A stretch of DNA of 17,077 nucleotides from Chthonomonadales bacterium. Its GTDB lineage: Bacteria; Armatimonadota; Chthonomonadetes; Chthonomonadales; CAJBBX01. Numbering within the stretch: the stretch's first letter is position 1; each line of letters starts with the position of its first letter. Positions 17,028 through 17,077 of the stretch are shown here, in pieces. Under the pieces are notes generated by a model that saw nothing but the letters and a program-made list of their open reading frames with translations, was not told where the DNA came from and did not search any database. The stretch lies in assembly GCA_037443035.1 (NCBI GenBank), contig JBBIPC010000037.1, positions 1 to 17,077 of the forward strand, read 5' to 3'. The position numbers and the translations under genes are program-made.

Positions 17028-17077
17028 CCGGTCGTTGAGTAGCCCGGCGCGAAGCGGCGGAGCGTATCGAAACGACT
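17028..17077 (+). repeat. Hairpin repeat element, copy C (runs to the window end)
   Basis: CCGGTCGTT-GAGTA-GCCCGGCGC-GAA-GCGGCGGAGC-GTATCGA-AACGACT: closely related to copy A at 172-223, about 30 nt after the oxidoreductase stop. Confidence 0.8.

Overview
GC-rich bacterial window with 10 well-supported CDSs. Left end (1-547): a non-coding mosaic of GTAG-type REP-like hairpin repeats and a second hairpin repeat family, which recurs at the right end. Next come a minus-strand Pat/PatZ-type acetyl-CoA synthetase (ADP-forming)-GNAT fusion, whose promoter overlaps a TGTGA-N6-TCACA box, and divergently a TIM-barrel sugar-phosphate isomerase/epimerase and a 1277-aa secreted clan GH-A-like glycoside hydrolase. 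The most interesting part is a tightly packed minus-strand operon (15826->8158): nnr, a secreted/single-pass membrane FHA protein, a polytopic Gly-rich membrane protein with two FHAs, a vWA protein, a Zn-ribbon-FHA-FHA protein and a PP2C phosphatase. It has five FHA domains, a shared CQFC-x9-CxC motif, matching N-terminal (D/E)KTxxLG tails and no kinase, which suggests an uncharacterised trans-envelope phosphothreonine signalling/scaffold system. A divergent Gfo/Idh/MocA oxidoreductase ends the window. All family calls come from motif recognition by eye, not database searches.
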